This document shows, piece after piece, positions 44,632 through 52,600 of a stretch of 64,000 nucleotides of DNA. Numbering within the stretch: position 1 is the first letter of the stretch; every line of letters begins with the position of its first letter. The stretch lies in contig NW_019217785.1 of assembly GCF_002571385.2 (NCBI RefSeq), positions 1,786,163 to 1,850,162 of the forward strand, read 5' to 3'. The notes below the pieces were generated by a model, which was not told where the DNA came from, made no database searches, and saw only the letters and a program-made list of their open reading frames with translations. The DNA is from Stylophora pistillata (Eukaryota). The position numbers and the translations under genes were made by a program.

Positions 44632-46550
44632 TTATTTCTTATATAGCGCTACTTACAATAACAGATCAATAGCGCTTTACAACTGATATCTCTAAATATT
44701 AAAATCTCATCTAATTAAAAAAAATAAATAGATAAATAAATAATAATTACATATTACAGTTAAATTGGCTATATAGGATTCATAATTTATCTACCATAAA
44801 AGGTTTGCCTAAAAAGAAAAGTCTTAATAGAATTCTTAAAAATTTCTATTGATCGAATATTGCGTAGTTGCAATGGAAGCTCATTCCATAGATGCGGTGC
44901 AGCTGCCTGAAATGCACGTTTACCCAGGGTTGCCATCATTTTGCCTCTAGGTGGCTCTAATAAAATACCTGAGTTAGATCTAAGATTGTACAAGGACAAT
45001 ATAGAATACAACAGAAACTCAATTTTCCAAGATTAAAAAGAACACCTGAAGTATTATGACTCAGTATAATATCGTTCTGTTGTATTTGATATTATAATTA
45101 CGGTTGTATTCGTTCTGTTGTATTATCGTTCTGTTGTATTCGATATTATCGAAGGCCTGCTCGCTTACTGAGCAGTTGTTGTAAGACCAGTTACCAGAAA
45201 GATTATCTTAACATTACTGGTATCATGGTAATTCCATATGGAGGTTGGAAAGATCACGTACTTGTAATACCAAGTAGTTCTTATGTACAAATGTTAAGTT
45301 ATATTAACTAAAATTGTACTGAGAATGACTCGTTATTACAGTTGACTTTTAAGTACTACGAACTGTTGTCTTTACTACGTTTTAGAATCACAGTGGAAAT
45401 ATGTCTCTCTTGTAACATTATTGTGGGTGACATTATTGTGGGTTATTAATTCGGTCATCCCTTTTCCTTTATGTTGTAGTTGTTTGGTTGTGCTTGTTGG
45501 AAATGGCGAGGATAGTGAAGAACACACAGAGGAAGAAAAAAGGAAACGACGGGTAAGAATTGGAACTAAACAGCCGGGAAAGAGCATCAGAACGAAGTTT
45601 CCACAGGAACGTTCCAAATATGTAGATGACGATCCCATGAAACTTTTCTTAGTCGGATCGAAAATAAATTCAATCATTCACTTATTGGCTTTAACTTCGT
45701 TTAAATTCGAATTGGTTTTATCACTCACAGGCCTTTTCAATAACAAAGCGGAATACAAAACATGCTTCTAAGATGGACTAAAAACGTCAAGTGAATTTAA
45801 AAGAAATGCAGCATAACAGTTTTTAGAAAGGAAGCTTGTGAAAAAAAGGCTTGAACAAGATTCGAGCCCTTTACCTTTCTGCTACACCTGGGCAGTGACC
45901 TCCTCAACTAAGTATAAAGCCACCTGGGATCAGCTCCAAGTTTACTTGATAACTCAATTTTCCAAGATTAAAAAGAACACCTGAAGTATGACTCGGTGAT
46001 GACATGTATCCCAAGGACTTTCGTCCTTGATTGACGATTGTGATCTTCTAATGAATGAAAAAGGTCAAAGTCAAATGATCTAAGTATTTTGTTTTGAATT
46101 TCTCTTTCGATTAGTTTCATGGTGAAAGGGAAAATAATAAAAACAGTAAATGAATTATCTGGAATGATTGAAGGAAATTATTCTTTGCCGTTCTCCCTCC
46201 TCTTTAACAAAGTCGCCATTGAGAAGGTTTGCTTTGAAGGTTAAAACCATCTACAACTAACTTTGAGTATGCCTGAAGCATCATAAGATATGAAGATAAA
46301 AGGAAAGCCAAAATATGGAGCAAATTCTTAGCTGTACACTGTGATTTCATGAACAAAATCAATATATCTGTGTTTGCTTGTTTTCCAGCTGAGGTTATCA
46401 GACCCAGTGCACTCCTGTCCTTTGTGGAAATTCGTTCGAGACAAGCTTCAAGAGTGTCGCTCGGTTTATGGACATGAAACCTTCCAGTACGTAATGGGCT
46501 CCATGGACTCCGCTGTGGTCACTCAGCTTGGCGCTTTTATAAACCACTAA
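119..46550 (+). CDS. IPO11: Importin-11, spliced gene, 5'-partial (33 visible coding exons, listed below)
   Basis: Manually spliced exons keep phase and are colinear with vertebrate importin-11 ([73 protein letters not shown]). Stop TAA at 46548-46550. Confidence 0.95.
578..777 (-). mobile_element. Penelope-like element terminal-repeat fragment
   Basis: Near-identical to 62280-62479, the 3' end of the GIY-YIG-encoding PLE. Confidence 0.85.
642..686 (-). ncRNA. Minimal type I hammerhead ribozyme (PLE-associated)
   Basis: Minus strand TGACT-CTGATGA-T-GAC..GTC-GAAA-CGTC-AGTCA: intact core, stem I, stem II and palindromic ACGT stem III. Confidence 0.8.
1098..1389. mobile_element. Pseudo-tRNA-Thr repeat element, copy A (inverted arm 1098-1192, direct arm 1193-1389)
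   Basis: Flanked by ATAATCAGGATT at 1086-1097 and 1390-1401. Confidence 0.85.
1197..1269 (+). pseudogene. tRNA-Thr(AGT)-like sequence within the repeat
   Basis: Acceptor stem GGCTTGT/ACAGGCC, D arm GCTC/GAGC, loop CTAGTAT, GTTCGA box and a T run. The T stem AGTGG/CCCGT has two mismatches. Confidence 0.75.
1887..2384. mobile_element. MITE-like foldback element
   Basis: TTACTACTGAAACAGGTAGACTGTTTT at the left end and its imperfect complement AAAACAGTTTACCTGTTTCAGTAGTAA at the right end. Confidence 0.65.
3259..3917 (-). repeat. 3' LTR of the BEL/Pao element
   Basis: On the minus strand the purine tract AAAGGGGCCGGAA directly precedes TGTTAC; putative end GTTACA at 3259. Confidence 0.65.
3259..7330 (-). 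mobile_element. Decayed BEL/Pao LTR retrotransposon (protease, RT, integrase, 3' LTR); 5'-truncated
   Basis: Minus-strand frames with LDNGSNASF (protease), YLPHH..LLQGPDL..FYIDD (RT), HHCC and RSDNGGNF (integrase), and ALTPNHLL; several stops and frameshifts. Confidence 0.93.
7358..8069. repeat. ~46-bp tandem satellite with variable GTACTAGC sub-repeats
   Basis: Roughly 13 copies of GAATACCTACGTACTAGCGTACTAACTACAGCTCTCGAGC(A/G)AGCA(T/G). Confidence 0.9.
9313..9426 (+). CDS. IPO11: IPO11 exon
   Basis: ag|[38 protein letters not shown]|gt. Confidence 0.93.
11363..11443 (+). CDS. IPO11: IPO11 exon
   Basis: ag|[27 protein letters not shown]|gt. Confidence 0.87.
12010..12640 (+). mobile_element. 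Degraded RTE-like LINE RT fragment
   Basis: [19 protein letters not shown] around 12210-12270; heavily disrupted. Confidence 0.6.
12995..13046 (+). CDS. IPO11: IPO11 exon
   Basis: ag|[17 protein letters not shown]|gt, phase consistent. Confidence 0.83.
14491..14549 (+). CDS. IPO11: IPO11 exon
   Basis: ag|[20 protein letters not shown]|gt. Confidence 0.88.
15093..15141 (+). CDS. IPO11: IPO11 exon
   Basis: ag|[16 protein letters not shown]|gt. Confidence 0.8.
15369..15439 (+). CDS. IPO11: IPO11 exon
   Basis: ag|[24 protein letters not shown]|gt. Confidence 0.82.
16300..17132. mobile_element. MULE-type MITE
   Basis: About 75-bp TIRs (GGGTGTGGACAAAACCTGGCCTA...); 9-bp TSD CCTTAAAGT / CCTTACAGT. 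Confidence 0.8.
17157..17256 (+). CDS. IPO11: IPO11 exon
   Basis: ag|[33 protein letters not shown]|gt. Confidence 0.9.
17423..17515 (+). CDS. IPO11: IPO11 exon
   Basis: ag|[31 protein letters not shown]|gt. Confidence 0.9.
18236..19010 (+). mobile_element. L2/CR1-group LINE ORF start: 2A-like motif plus APE endonuclease, runs into a gap
   Basis: Open frame with [27 protein letters not shown] and YRPP. Confidence 0.9.
19164..19652 (+). mobile_element. L2-like LINE 3' end
   Basis: [28 protein letters not shown], followed by a 3' UTR and TTAAA repeats. Confidence 0.75.
20459..20493 (+). CDS. IPO11: IPO11 exon
   Basis: ag|[12 protein letters not shown]|gt. Confidence 0.8.
21097..21180 (+). 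CDS. IPO11: IPO11 exon
   Basis: ag|[28 protein letters not shown]|gt. Confidence 0.9.
22773..22809 (+). CDS. IPO11: IPO11 exon
   Basis: ag|[12 protein letters not shown]|gt. Confidence 0.9.
22928..22968 (+). CDS. IPO11: IPO11 exon
   Basis: ag|[14 protein letters not shown]|gt. Confidence 0.9.
24129..24500 (-). mobile_element. SINE (same family as 27108-27441)
   Basis: Shared core GAGACGGGACCTAC..AAGACTAGAATGTC..TTTAAGACC..GTTGGTCC. Confidence 0.7.
24636..24683 (+). CDS. IPO11: IPO11 exon
   Basis: ag|(G)[15 protein letters not shown]|gt. Confidence 0.85.
24948..25053 (+). CDS. IPO11: IPO11 exon
   Basis: ag|[36 protein letters not shown]|gt. Confidence 0.93.
25399..25561. mobile_element. 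PLE (second family) short insertion: inverted arm plus direct tail
   Basis: 25399-25476 is an inverted copy, and 25477-25561 a direct copy, of parts of 26550-26710; degenerate hammerhead CCGACGA..GAAACGTC on the minus strand. Confidence 0.75.
26390..26712 (+). mobile_element. PLE (second family) 3' end with degenerate hammerhead at 26551-26584
   Basis: ORF end ..GINKRFSFH*, then GCT-CAGACGA-AGGGCTAACGCTC-GAAA-TGTC-AGC. Confidence 0.72.
27108..27441 (+). mobile_element. tRNA-headed SINE (resembles cnidarian Nin-domain SINEs)
   Basis: Degenerate A/B boxes (GGTTAGAGCG, GGTTTGAGCCC), a core shared by four copies in the window, and a (TATG)n tail. Confidence 0.75.
27814..27943 (+). CDS. IPO11: IPO11 exon
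   Basis: ag|[43 protein letters not shown]|gt. Confidence 0.93.
29386..29419 (+). CDS. IPO11: IPO11 exon (followed by a U12-type donor)
   Basis: ag|[11 protein letters not shown]|ATATCCTTT. Confidence 0.88.
29420..29719 (+). other. U12-type (minor spliceosome) intron with AT-AG termini
   Basis: 5' site ATATCCTTT; branch-site-like TTCCTTGAT at 29702-29710; 3' end CAG. Removal joins TLKT-AIDDVEF in frame. Confidence 0.85.
29720..29760 (+). CDS. IPO11: IPO11 exon
   Basis: ag|[14 protein letters not shown]|gt. Confidence 0.88.
30204..32118 (-). mobile_element. Decayed Tc1/mariner (IS630-like) DNA transposon
   Basis: TA-flanked long TIRs CACCTTTTGCTGTTCAT../..ATGAACAGCAAAAGGTG; minus-strand HTH-like remnant ([22 protein letters not shown]); internal foldback and SINE piece at 30601-30748. 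Confidence 0.8.
32475..32540 (+). CDS. IPO11: IPO11 exon
   Basis: ag|[22 protein letters not shown]|gt. Confidence 0.9.
32693..33637. mobile_element. Pseudo-tRNA-Thr repeat element, copy B: two 248-nt units on minus and about two on plus, head to head
   Basis: TSD AAAAGCTAAGAC at 32681-32692 and 33638-33649; tRNA-like cores at 32812-32883(-), 33060-33131(-), 33244-33315(+) and 33491-33562(+); single N at the centre. Confidence 0.85.
33898..33948 (+). CDS. IPO11: IPO11 exon
   Basis: ag|[17 protein letters not shown]|gt. Confidence 0.9.
34186..34299 (+). CDS. IPO11: IPO11 exon
   Basis: ag|[38 protein letters not shown]|gt. Confidence 0.93.
34962..35036 (+). CDS. IPO11: IPO11 exon
   Basis: ag|[25 protein letters not shown]|gt. 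Confidence 0.93.
35498..35538 (+). CDS. IPO11: IPO11 exon
   Basis: ag|[13 protein letters not shown](W)|gt. Confidence 0.92.
36245..36321 (+). CDS. IPO11: IPO11 exon
   Basis: ag|[25 protein letters not shown]|gt. Confidence 0.92.
36922..37001 (+). CDS. IPO11: IPO11 exon
   Basis: ag|[27 protein letters not shown]|gt. Confidence 0.92.
37095..37175 (+). CDS. IPO11: IPO11 exon
   Basis: ag|[27 protein letters not shown]|gt. Confidence 0.88.
37408..37682 (+). repeat. Interspersed repeat (inverted copy at 49630-49935)
   Basis: AACAATTATTCCACGAG..GTTGGATATGAGAT and TTATCCAATGATCCAGTTTTTAATAA are shared with the other copy. Confidence 0.7.
37685..38830. repeat. Degenerate foldback of CCACCATCATT-type subrepeats, interrupted by a gap and a SINE
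   Basis: TCCACCATCATT-like units on the left and GTGATGG/GAATAATG-like units on the right. Confidence 0.5.
37942..38268 (-). mobile_element. tRNA-headed SINE, well preserved copy
   Basis: Minus strand GGTTCGAGCCCC B box followed by the shared core. Confidence 0.78.
39158..39253 (+). CDS. IPO11: IPO11 exon
   Basis: ag|[32 protein letters not shown]|gt. Confidence 0.92.
40836..41080. mobile_element. hAT-type MITE
   Basis: TIR CAGGGCTGTAGCCAG / CTAGCTACGGCCCTG; perfect 8-bp TSD ATTAGGGA. Confidence 0.85.
41604..41959. mobile_element. MITE (possibly Harbinger-type)
   Basis: AGATTTAGCACCGCATTTACG / CGTAAACGCGGCGCTAAATCT inverted ends; internal GGCAAACG repeats. Confidence 0.68.
42101..42214 (+). 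CDS. IPO11: IPO11 exon
   Basis: ag|[38 protein letters not shown]|gt. Confidence 0.88.
42564..42608 (+). CDS. IPO11: IPO11 exon
   Basis: ag|[15 protein letters not shown]|gt. Confidence 0.9.
42862..42938 (+). CDS. IPO11: IPO11 exon
   Basis: ag|[25 protein letters not shown]|gt. Confidence 0.92.
43178..43273 (+). CDS. IPO11: IPO11 exon
   Basis: ag|[31 protein letters not shown]|gt. Confidence 0.9.
44600..45004 (-). mobile_element. L2-like LINE 3' end with (TAA)n tail
   Basis: [34 protein letters not shown]. Confidence 0.8.
45480..45552 (+). CDS. IPO11: IPO11 exon
   Basis: ag|[24 protein letters not shown]|gt. Confidence 0.9.
45805..45935 (-). repeat. Old diverged relative of the pseudo-tRNA repeat
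   Basis: Minus strand CCCAGGTGGCTT..TTAGTTGAG..GGCTCGAATCTTGTTCAAGCC plus a T run. Confidence 0.5.
46389..46550 (+). CDS. IPO11: IPO11 last coding exon
   Basis: ag|[53 protein letters not shown]. Confidence 0.93.
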   Translation: MRLSDPVHSCPLWKFVRDKLQECRSVYGHETFQYVMGSMDSAVVTQLGAFINH

Positions 46551-46753
46551 AGCGCTATATGTCACCAACAGAAGGGAATTTAAGGGAAACTTAAACCGTC
46601 GTCAAACCTCAAGAACACGAAGATATTTCAACATACCGTTGCATTTGATTCATGGGGCGTGTGCTATGTATTAGTTGTCCTCAATTAGAAGTGGTGCCGC
46701 CGGGAAGCTAGTTTTTCTGCATAGGTTGATCGAAAAAGTGTAATGGAAGATTA

Positions 46754-46763
46754 AATAAATAAA
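46754..46763 (+). terminator. Candidate IPO11 polyadenylation signal
   Basis: Two overlapping AATAAA about 200 nt after the stop codon. Confidence 0.45.
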
Positions 46764-49064
46764 AGTCTTTTTATAGGATTACACAATTACTGGTGAACCA
46801 GTAGTTTCCATTGTGGTCCTTGCAAGCAAATGAAACAAAATGGTCTAAATTGAACATAACATCATTAAGAACATCATTAAGAACATCATTAAGAACCCCA
46901 ACCGGCCGGAGGCAAACCAGATTGTGTAGGAAAGGGAGTTTGTACAGATTTTCTTTAAACGTAACTTGCCATCTTTACACTTGGTCATGTGACTAACAAT
47001 TGGTAATCTAGCCGTTGGAGCTGTATATATTTAGGAACTGATAAGGTAATCACTTATTAGGTCAGAATGCAAATTTTCAGTTAAGGTGCATAGAGGTTCA
47101 GTGGCTATTTGAAAATCTTGAAATTTAGTTTCAGTATTTGTCACCCAGTGAAATTTTCTATTGCTCAGTGCTGAAGACGTAATTAGATTTTTAGTTATAT
47201 TTTAGGCGGAATAAGTGAGGACACATTAAAACATAAGCATGCTACGCATGCATGACTTATTTTTTTGGATGGGTTGGTTGAGATGGGACACCTTGAGTAA
47301 CTGTATTTTTCGAATTCGTAGAAGAAAAAGAGCATTAACTTCCAAAGTTTCCAACCGAAATACTGTTCGATAGAGAGTAAAGATACGTTTCTATTTATAT
47401 GAAAAAACTCAGACACAGGTTTTTGTGGTCTGTTGTCACTACTGTCTGAACAATCTTTAGCAGAAATAATCTACACTGGTGCCACGCTCACTGTAGTCTC
47501 CTTCGCAGCCTTTTTTTGGTCTCGTGACCAACACGCTCTCTTCCCCATCCCCGTTGCGAAACAAGACCAAACAGCGGATGCTCAGATTTTCCACAGAAAG
47601 CTAAATGCTGTTGTTGCTAAATTTTCCACGCAACTCTCACGTGCTTTGACGTTTTCTACCAATCCAGTTCGCCGTATGCTACCTTGGACTTCACCTACAA
47701 GTGTTACAGTTTGGGATGGTTGGGGTGTTGTGGAACACTTACTTCTCCCTTTAGCGCATTAGATCATATTCTTATAATAAATTTTGCGCTGTATAAGTAT
47801 CAAATTTATTATTATTTAGTATCCCTTTTCCTCATATCCCTCATTTCCAAAAGGTACAGCATATGTTTTACAGATCCTGCTTATACCGGCAGCATTTTCA
47901 TTTTTTTTTTCTCTTTCTACATTTCTATTTACGGTAGTACAACGAAAAAAACCGTTTTTTTTTGTTTTTCTTTTTTATAGAGATAATTTAAAAAAATCCA
48001 CCGACTTCAGCAACTACCGAGCCAGAGCAATCTGTACCACTCTACAGCAACCGGCTATAGCAAAATAAACCGGCGCGGTAACTACAGCAGCACACTACTT
48101 CAATTACTCCGATCTACAACAACCTCAATGAACTGCAGGCCTGTGAATGAAACGAAGAGAATGAACTCTGCGTATTTTCTAATTTCCTTCAAAAGAAAAA
48201 ATTAACATTCTGTAAGGTTACAAAACTTTACACACCTGAAGTAGCCCAAACTCAGAAGTAATCGATATCAATGGTAAAGGAAAACTGTCAACATAGCGGG
48301 CGGAGAGGGGAGAGAGAAGAAGGCTGCCAATGGCTGATGGGATCGACTTCGGCAAGGCTGTTTTGTAAATTTGCCATCTTATTTTCTCGCAATCGTGTAA
48401 AAAAATGTAAGGCAACATTTGAGGTTTTCAGTATTAATTTTCTCCTACTTGACTGACTCTGAAAGGTGAGTGAAACAATTAACTTTCGCCTGCCACAAAT
48501 GTTAACATGTAAACAAATTATGTTGAGCATTTAGCACATAAAAACTACTTTATTTCCGTCACATACCTTGAGGTATTGTCTTGCCAAATTTAGTGACTTT
48601 TTGGTTGATATGGGAGACACATTTTCTACTTACTCGGTTATTTCATAAGTCGTAAGCACAGGGGCAAACCGACTTTATCCGCCATAGCTTCACACATTTG
48701 TTCTCACTTCGCTGACGGATACATTAACCTGAAGTTGTCAGATGGCTAGTAATTCTATAACCCTGTTCCAGTAAACTGACTTAACATGAATTGTGAAGTG
48801 AAAAATGGAAACGATGAATACCCAGTTTTTGCTTGAAGAAACTGCTTATATTTTCTTTTCTTGGTCTTCATTTGACTTTTAATCGAAACTCGCATCGAAC
48901 ATTTTTTTATTTTCGTCATAGTTAGATTTTCAGCCTATTTCTCGTGCAAGGCCTTAGCGGCCAAGAAAATTGTTGGGCTCTGGGAACGAAGTGTTTCTCA
49001 ATGAAAAACACTCGTTCGGCTCGTTCGCGAATTCGTTCGGAAGGTTTGGAGTTCGCAGAACTAG

Positions 49065-49137
49065 ATGGCTGGCATAAGTGAAATTTATACTACTAAAGCC
49101 ATGTTAGATAGTCAGATGGTTCACATTGGGAAACAAG
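49065..49137 (+). CDS. BORCS8: BORCS8 exon 1 (alternative ATG at 49101); GC donor
   Basis: MAGISEIYTTKAMLDSQMVHIGKQ then AAG|GCAAGT; phase 1 fits the next exon. Confidence 0.72.
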
Positions 49138-49630
49138 GCAAGTGAACGGCTATTGTGCTGGATTACAGTACGATTGCTTGAACAGTAATGGCGAGATGTA
49201 GGAGAAACAGTGGGAATTAACTTTTAAGGCTTTCAGAAAGTAAGAAGATCAACCAAAAATATTCAGAAATAGGAAAGCATTGCTAATCCAGGGAAATGGG
49301 CAATTATTATTCGATATTTTCCATGAATACAAAAGCTTTTTATTATTGATCACACCATGACCTGTTGGGTAATCATAACAGGGATGATATTTCAAAGTTT
49401 CACAATTTAGGTATGTTAGGAGCCGGTTTTATTGCAAATTAAAAGCCATCAAACAATTTTGCTCAAGTGCGCTTGGTTAAGTGTATCATGTGACTGAATA
49501 TTCTTCAGCTAAAACTGGGGAAAATCCTAGGCTATAACCCAGTGGTTAATCCCTAAATTTCAATCCTTACATCCACTGTTCATAAACGTCTTTCCGGCAC
49601 ATTGCAAAACTATTTGAAGGATAGTAAACA

Positions 49631-49662
<32 letters not shown>

Positions 49663-52600
49663 CGAATACTTTTTATTGGCTTAGCCGTTGTGGTATAGGA
49701 TATACCATAATCTACAAATATGGTAAGCTTGTGCATCAGCTTAAAATTAAAAGGGAGCTAAAAAATTTAATGAAATTTAATTATTTAACTTAATTATTTA
49801 ACTTAATGTTTTTAATAAAACAATTATTCCATGAGCGCTTGTTGGATATGAGATATTATAGCCAACTTGGCACTACTCGCCTCGTTGGCTATCTATCATC
49901 TCATATCGAATGCGTGCGTGTGGAATAATTGTTAAATAGTCTCCATGTGACAAGGAAATATACTTATGTATTTATCATTGAAGATAATCAGTTCCTAGTG
50001 GCTGACAGTTTTCGAGAGCAGTGCTTGAGGAAAATTGTTCCCATCTCGGAACAGATGATGTCCATGGACAAATGTCTGTGCCTGTTTTAGTGCTATATAA
50101 AGGCTATTAGTTATATACCATAGACAGGTCATGCTATTATTGTTTGTCACAAAAGCCAAGGAATTCTTAGCTACTTCCAAAAGACCCTTATCTTGTTCCA
50201 GTTGAAAAAAAACACATGTTTATAATTGCTAAATGAAAAAATGATGATCAACATTTTCTTCCAAGTAACCACTGTAGACAGAGCAAGCTAGTAAATGCCA
50301 GGAAAAGGTTAATGAAAGTTTTTTCTAATATAACCATTGTCATTATAGTGGTAGGTAACCTCAACTTAATTAAGCTTACAAGAACTATCTAATTGGTAGC
50401 CTCTAACTATGTTTTAATTGCAGTTTTGCTGCAAAAACAGTACTGCCAGCCCTATAGTCCATTGTCCCATGGTGATGGACAAACAACAATTTTGCAATTC
50501 TTGGAGGACTGTATGGGAAGGGTTATATTTAGGAGCCACATATTGGAAATGCATAGTGTCAATTATGTAGATGAAATTATTTCTTGTTATTTATAGTTGA
50601 CATGGGTACTTTAGAGTTGAGCAGCCAAGACACAGAACACAAATTAAGGAGAGGTATGTCAACTCCTAAGGGCTAGTTTATTGTTTGAAAATATTATTAT
50701 ACTGTAGCTGTTACAAAGATTTTTGTTACAGTATGTTTTTAGTGGTTCAGGTCTGGTCTGGAGTTCTAGGAAAAAGAATCAATGACACAAAAAAAATTCT
50801 GCAAATGATTATAATCAGTACCTTGATGATGTTGATGAACACTGGAACATTGAACTTTATTTGCCTTTGTCATTACATTACATAGCTTTAATTATAGCCT
50901 GCTAAAATAAGCTATAATATTATGGCTGGAGATCTTAGCAAGCTCTACTGAGCTTTTATAAGAAGATCCCCATCTAATAAAAACTGTAACTTAAAGCGGA
51001 TGGTTTAATTATGAACGCAAGATATTTTGCTGCTTTGCTGATAAAATTACGATTTGAAGTTATATCTCTAGCATAGAATTGAACTATGATTTTGCAGATA
51101 GATTTTCATTAATCTCTTAAATTGTGTATATGATTTTGATTCTTTTAGGTCTTTAGGTAATTCATTCCACATTTTTGCTCCCCTAAACTTCAATGAAAAC
51201 TTCCCATAATTAGTTCTTTTTAAATCGATGAATACGTTTGAGGCTGATCGAGTATTGTGACTATGAAATTTTTCATTTGATATAAAATAATTTCTAAAGT
51301 AACTTGGTAGCTTGTCATTAAAGAATGAGTACATAAAAAGTGCCATTAAGTAGATATTATATCTATTAAGAATATTTAACGATAAATGATACTGATAAAA
51401 TGATAACATCCCAGCTCTGAGACATCTCTCTTTTCTTAAACAGTCAGTAAAGAATTAAAAGTTGGCTTTTGGACTTTTAACCTTGGAAGGAGACAAATCT
51501 GTTACTGAAAGTGCTGTAGCTTATATGCCAGCTTCTTGCTTGGATAATTAACTACTTCTGTGTAGTATTGGGCATCTTGACCTCATTCCCAAGATCTCAA
51601 CATTAATAAAATTGTGGTAGTTCTGATGATGTGGTGTTGAAAAATCATATGCGCAGTTGATCATCCCGTCATGGAAACTGCGCAATATAAATTCACAATT
51701 TTATTTTATTTATTTAATTTTAATCAAACAACATTCTCTTGCCTGTACTTTTCTTTTTATCATTACTTTCTGCTGGGTGTTGTATTGATGTTATTTGGGG
51801 AAGTTAAAAGAGTATGAGTTAAAGAATTTAAGGGTTAGAATAGGGCCCATATTAACCAAAAAAACTTGATAATTGTGGATGCTACAGAAAATCAATAATT
51901 AAATTTCCTAGTGGACTTAAGAATCCAAGTGAGACTATTACTACCCAGAAATCCCAAGGTACTTCCACCAAAGTCAGTGTTGCCCAAGGTGGAATTACAC
52001 TTTCCTGAGGGTGCTTAATTACAATAATTTAAACGTTTGGAGGAATACTTGGATGTCAACATTTGTTTTGCTAGAGTGGTAGCTTTGTAGTATATTATTC
52101 AAATCTGACAATTTCACAGCAGAATATCAACTAAATTACTTTTCCCTGTAGTTAGCATTCTCATTATGGAGTAAACTTATCATTAAGTAGTACATTTCTT
52201 TGAAAATGCCTTGTACATTATAATGAGGAAACTGATACCCTCTTGAGTCCTTTGATTCTGCTGTGAGACATTTTGTAAGCACTTGTAGAGGCAAAGCTTG
52301 GAATGCATAGCAGCACTCAATTTAATTAGGGAGACAAATAAACAGCTTAACATAAAAATAACAAACAAATAATATCAAACATAATAAAGAAGAACAGAAA
52401 TTTTCAAGTTAACTCCACCTTTAGCCTTACTGTACTTTTGTACAGGTATATGGATGTTGTTCCTTTCTTTAACTAACCATTCATTCTCCTAATTTCTGAA
52501 TAGTGTTCCTACTTTGGTTGTCTTTAGATTATCTCCTTCAGAAAGCTTTTTGCACACACCTGAGATTTGAATTATAGATGTTTTGTGATGGTTTTTTTCC

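Noticed and set aside
47433-48530. Short ORFs between IPO11 and BORCS8 as a separate gene
   Set aside because: No recognisable homology or coherent splice pattern.
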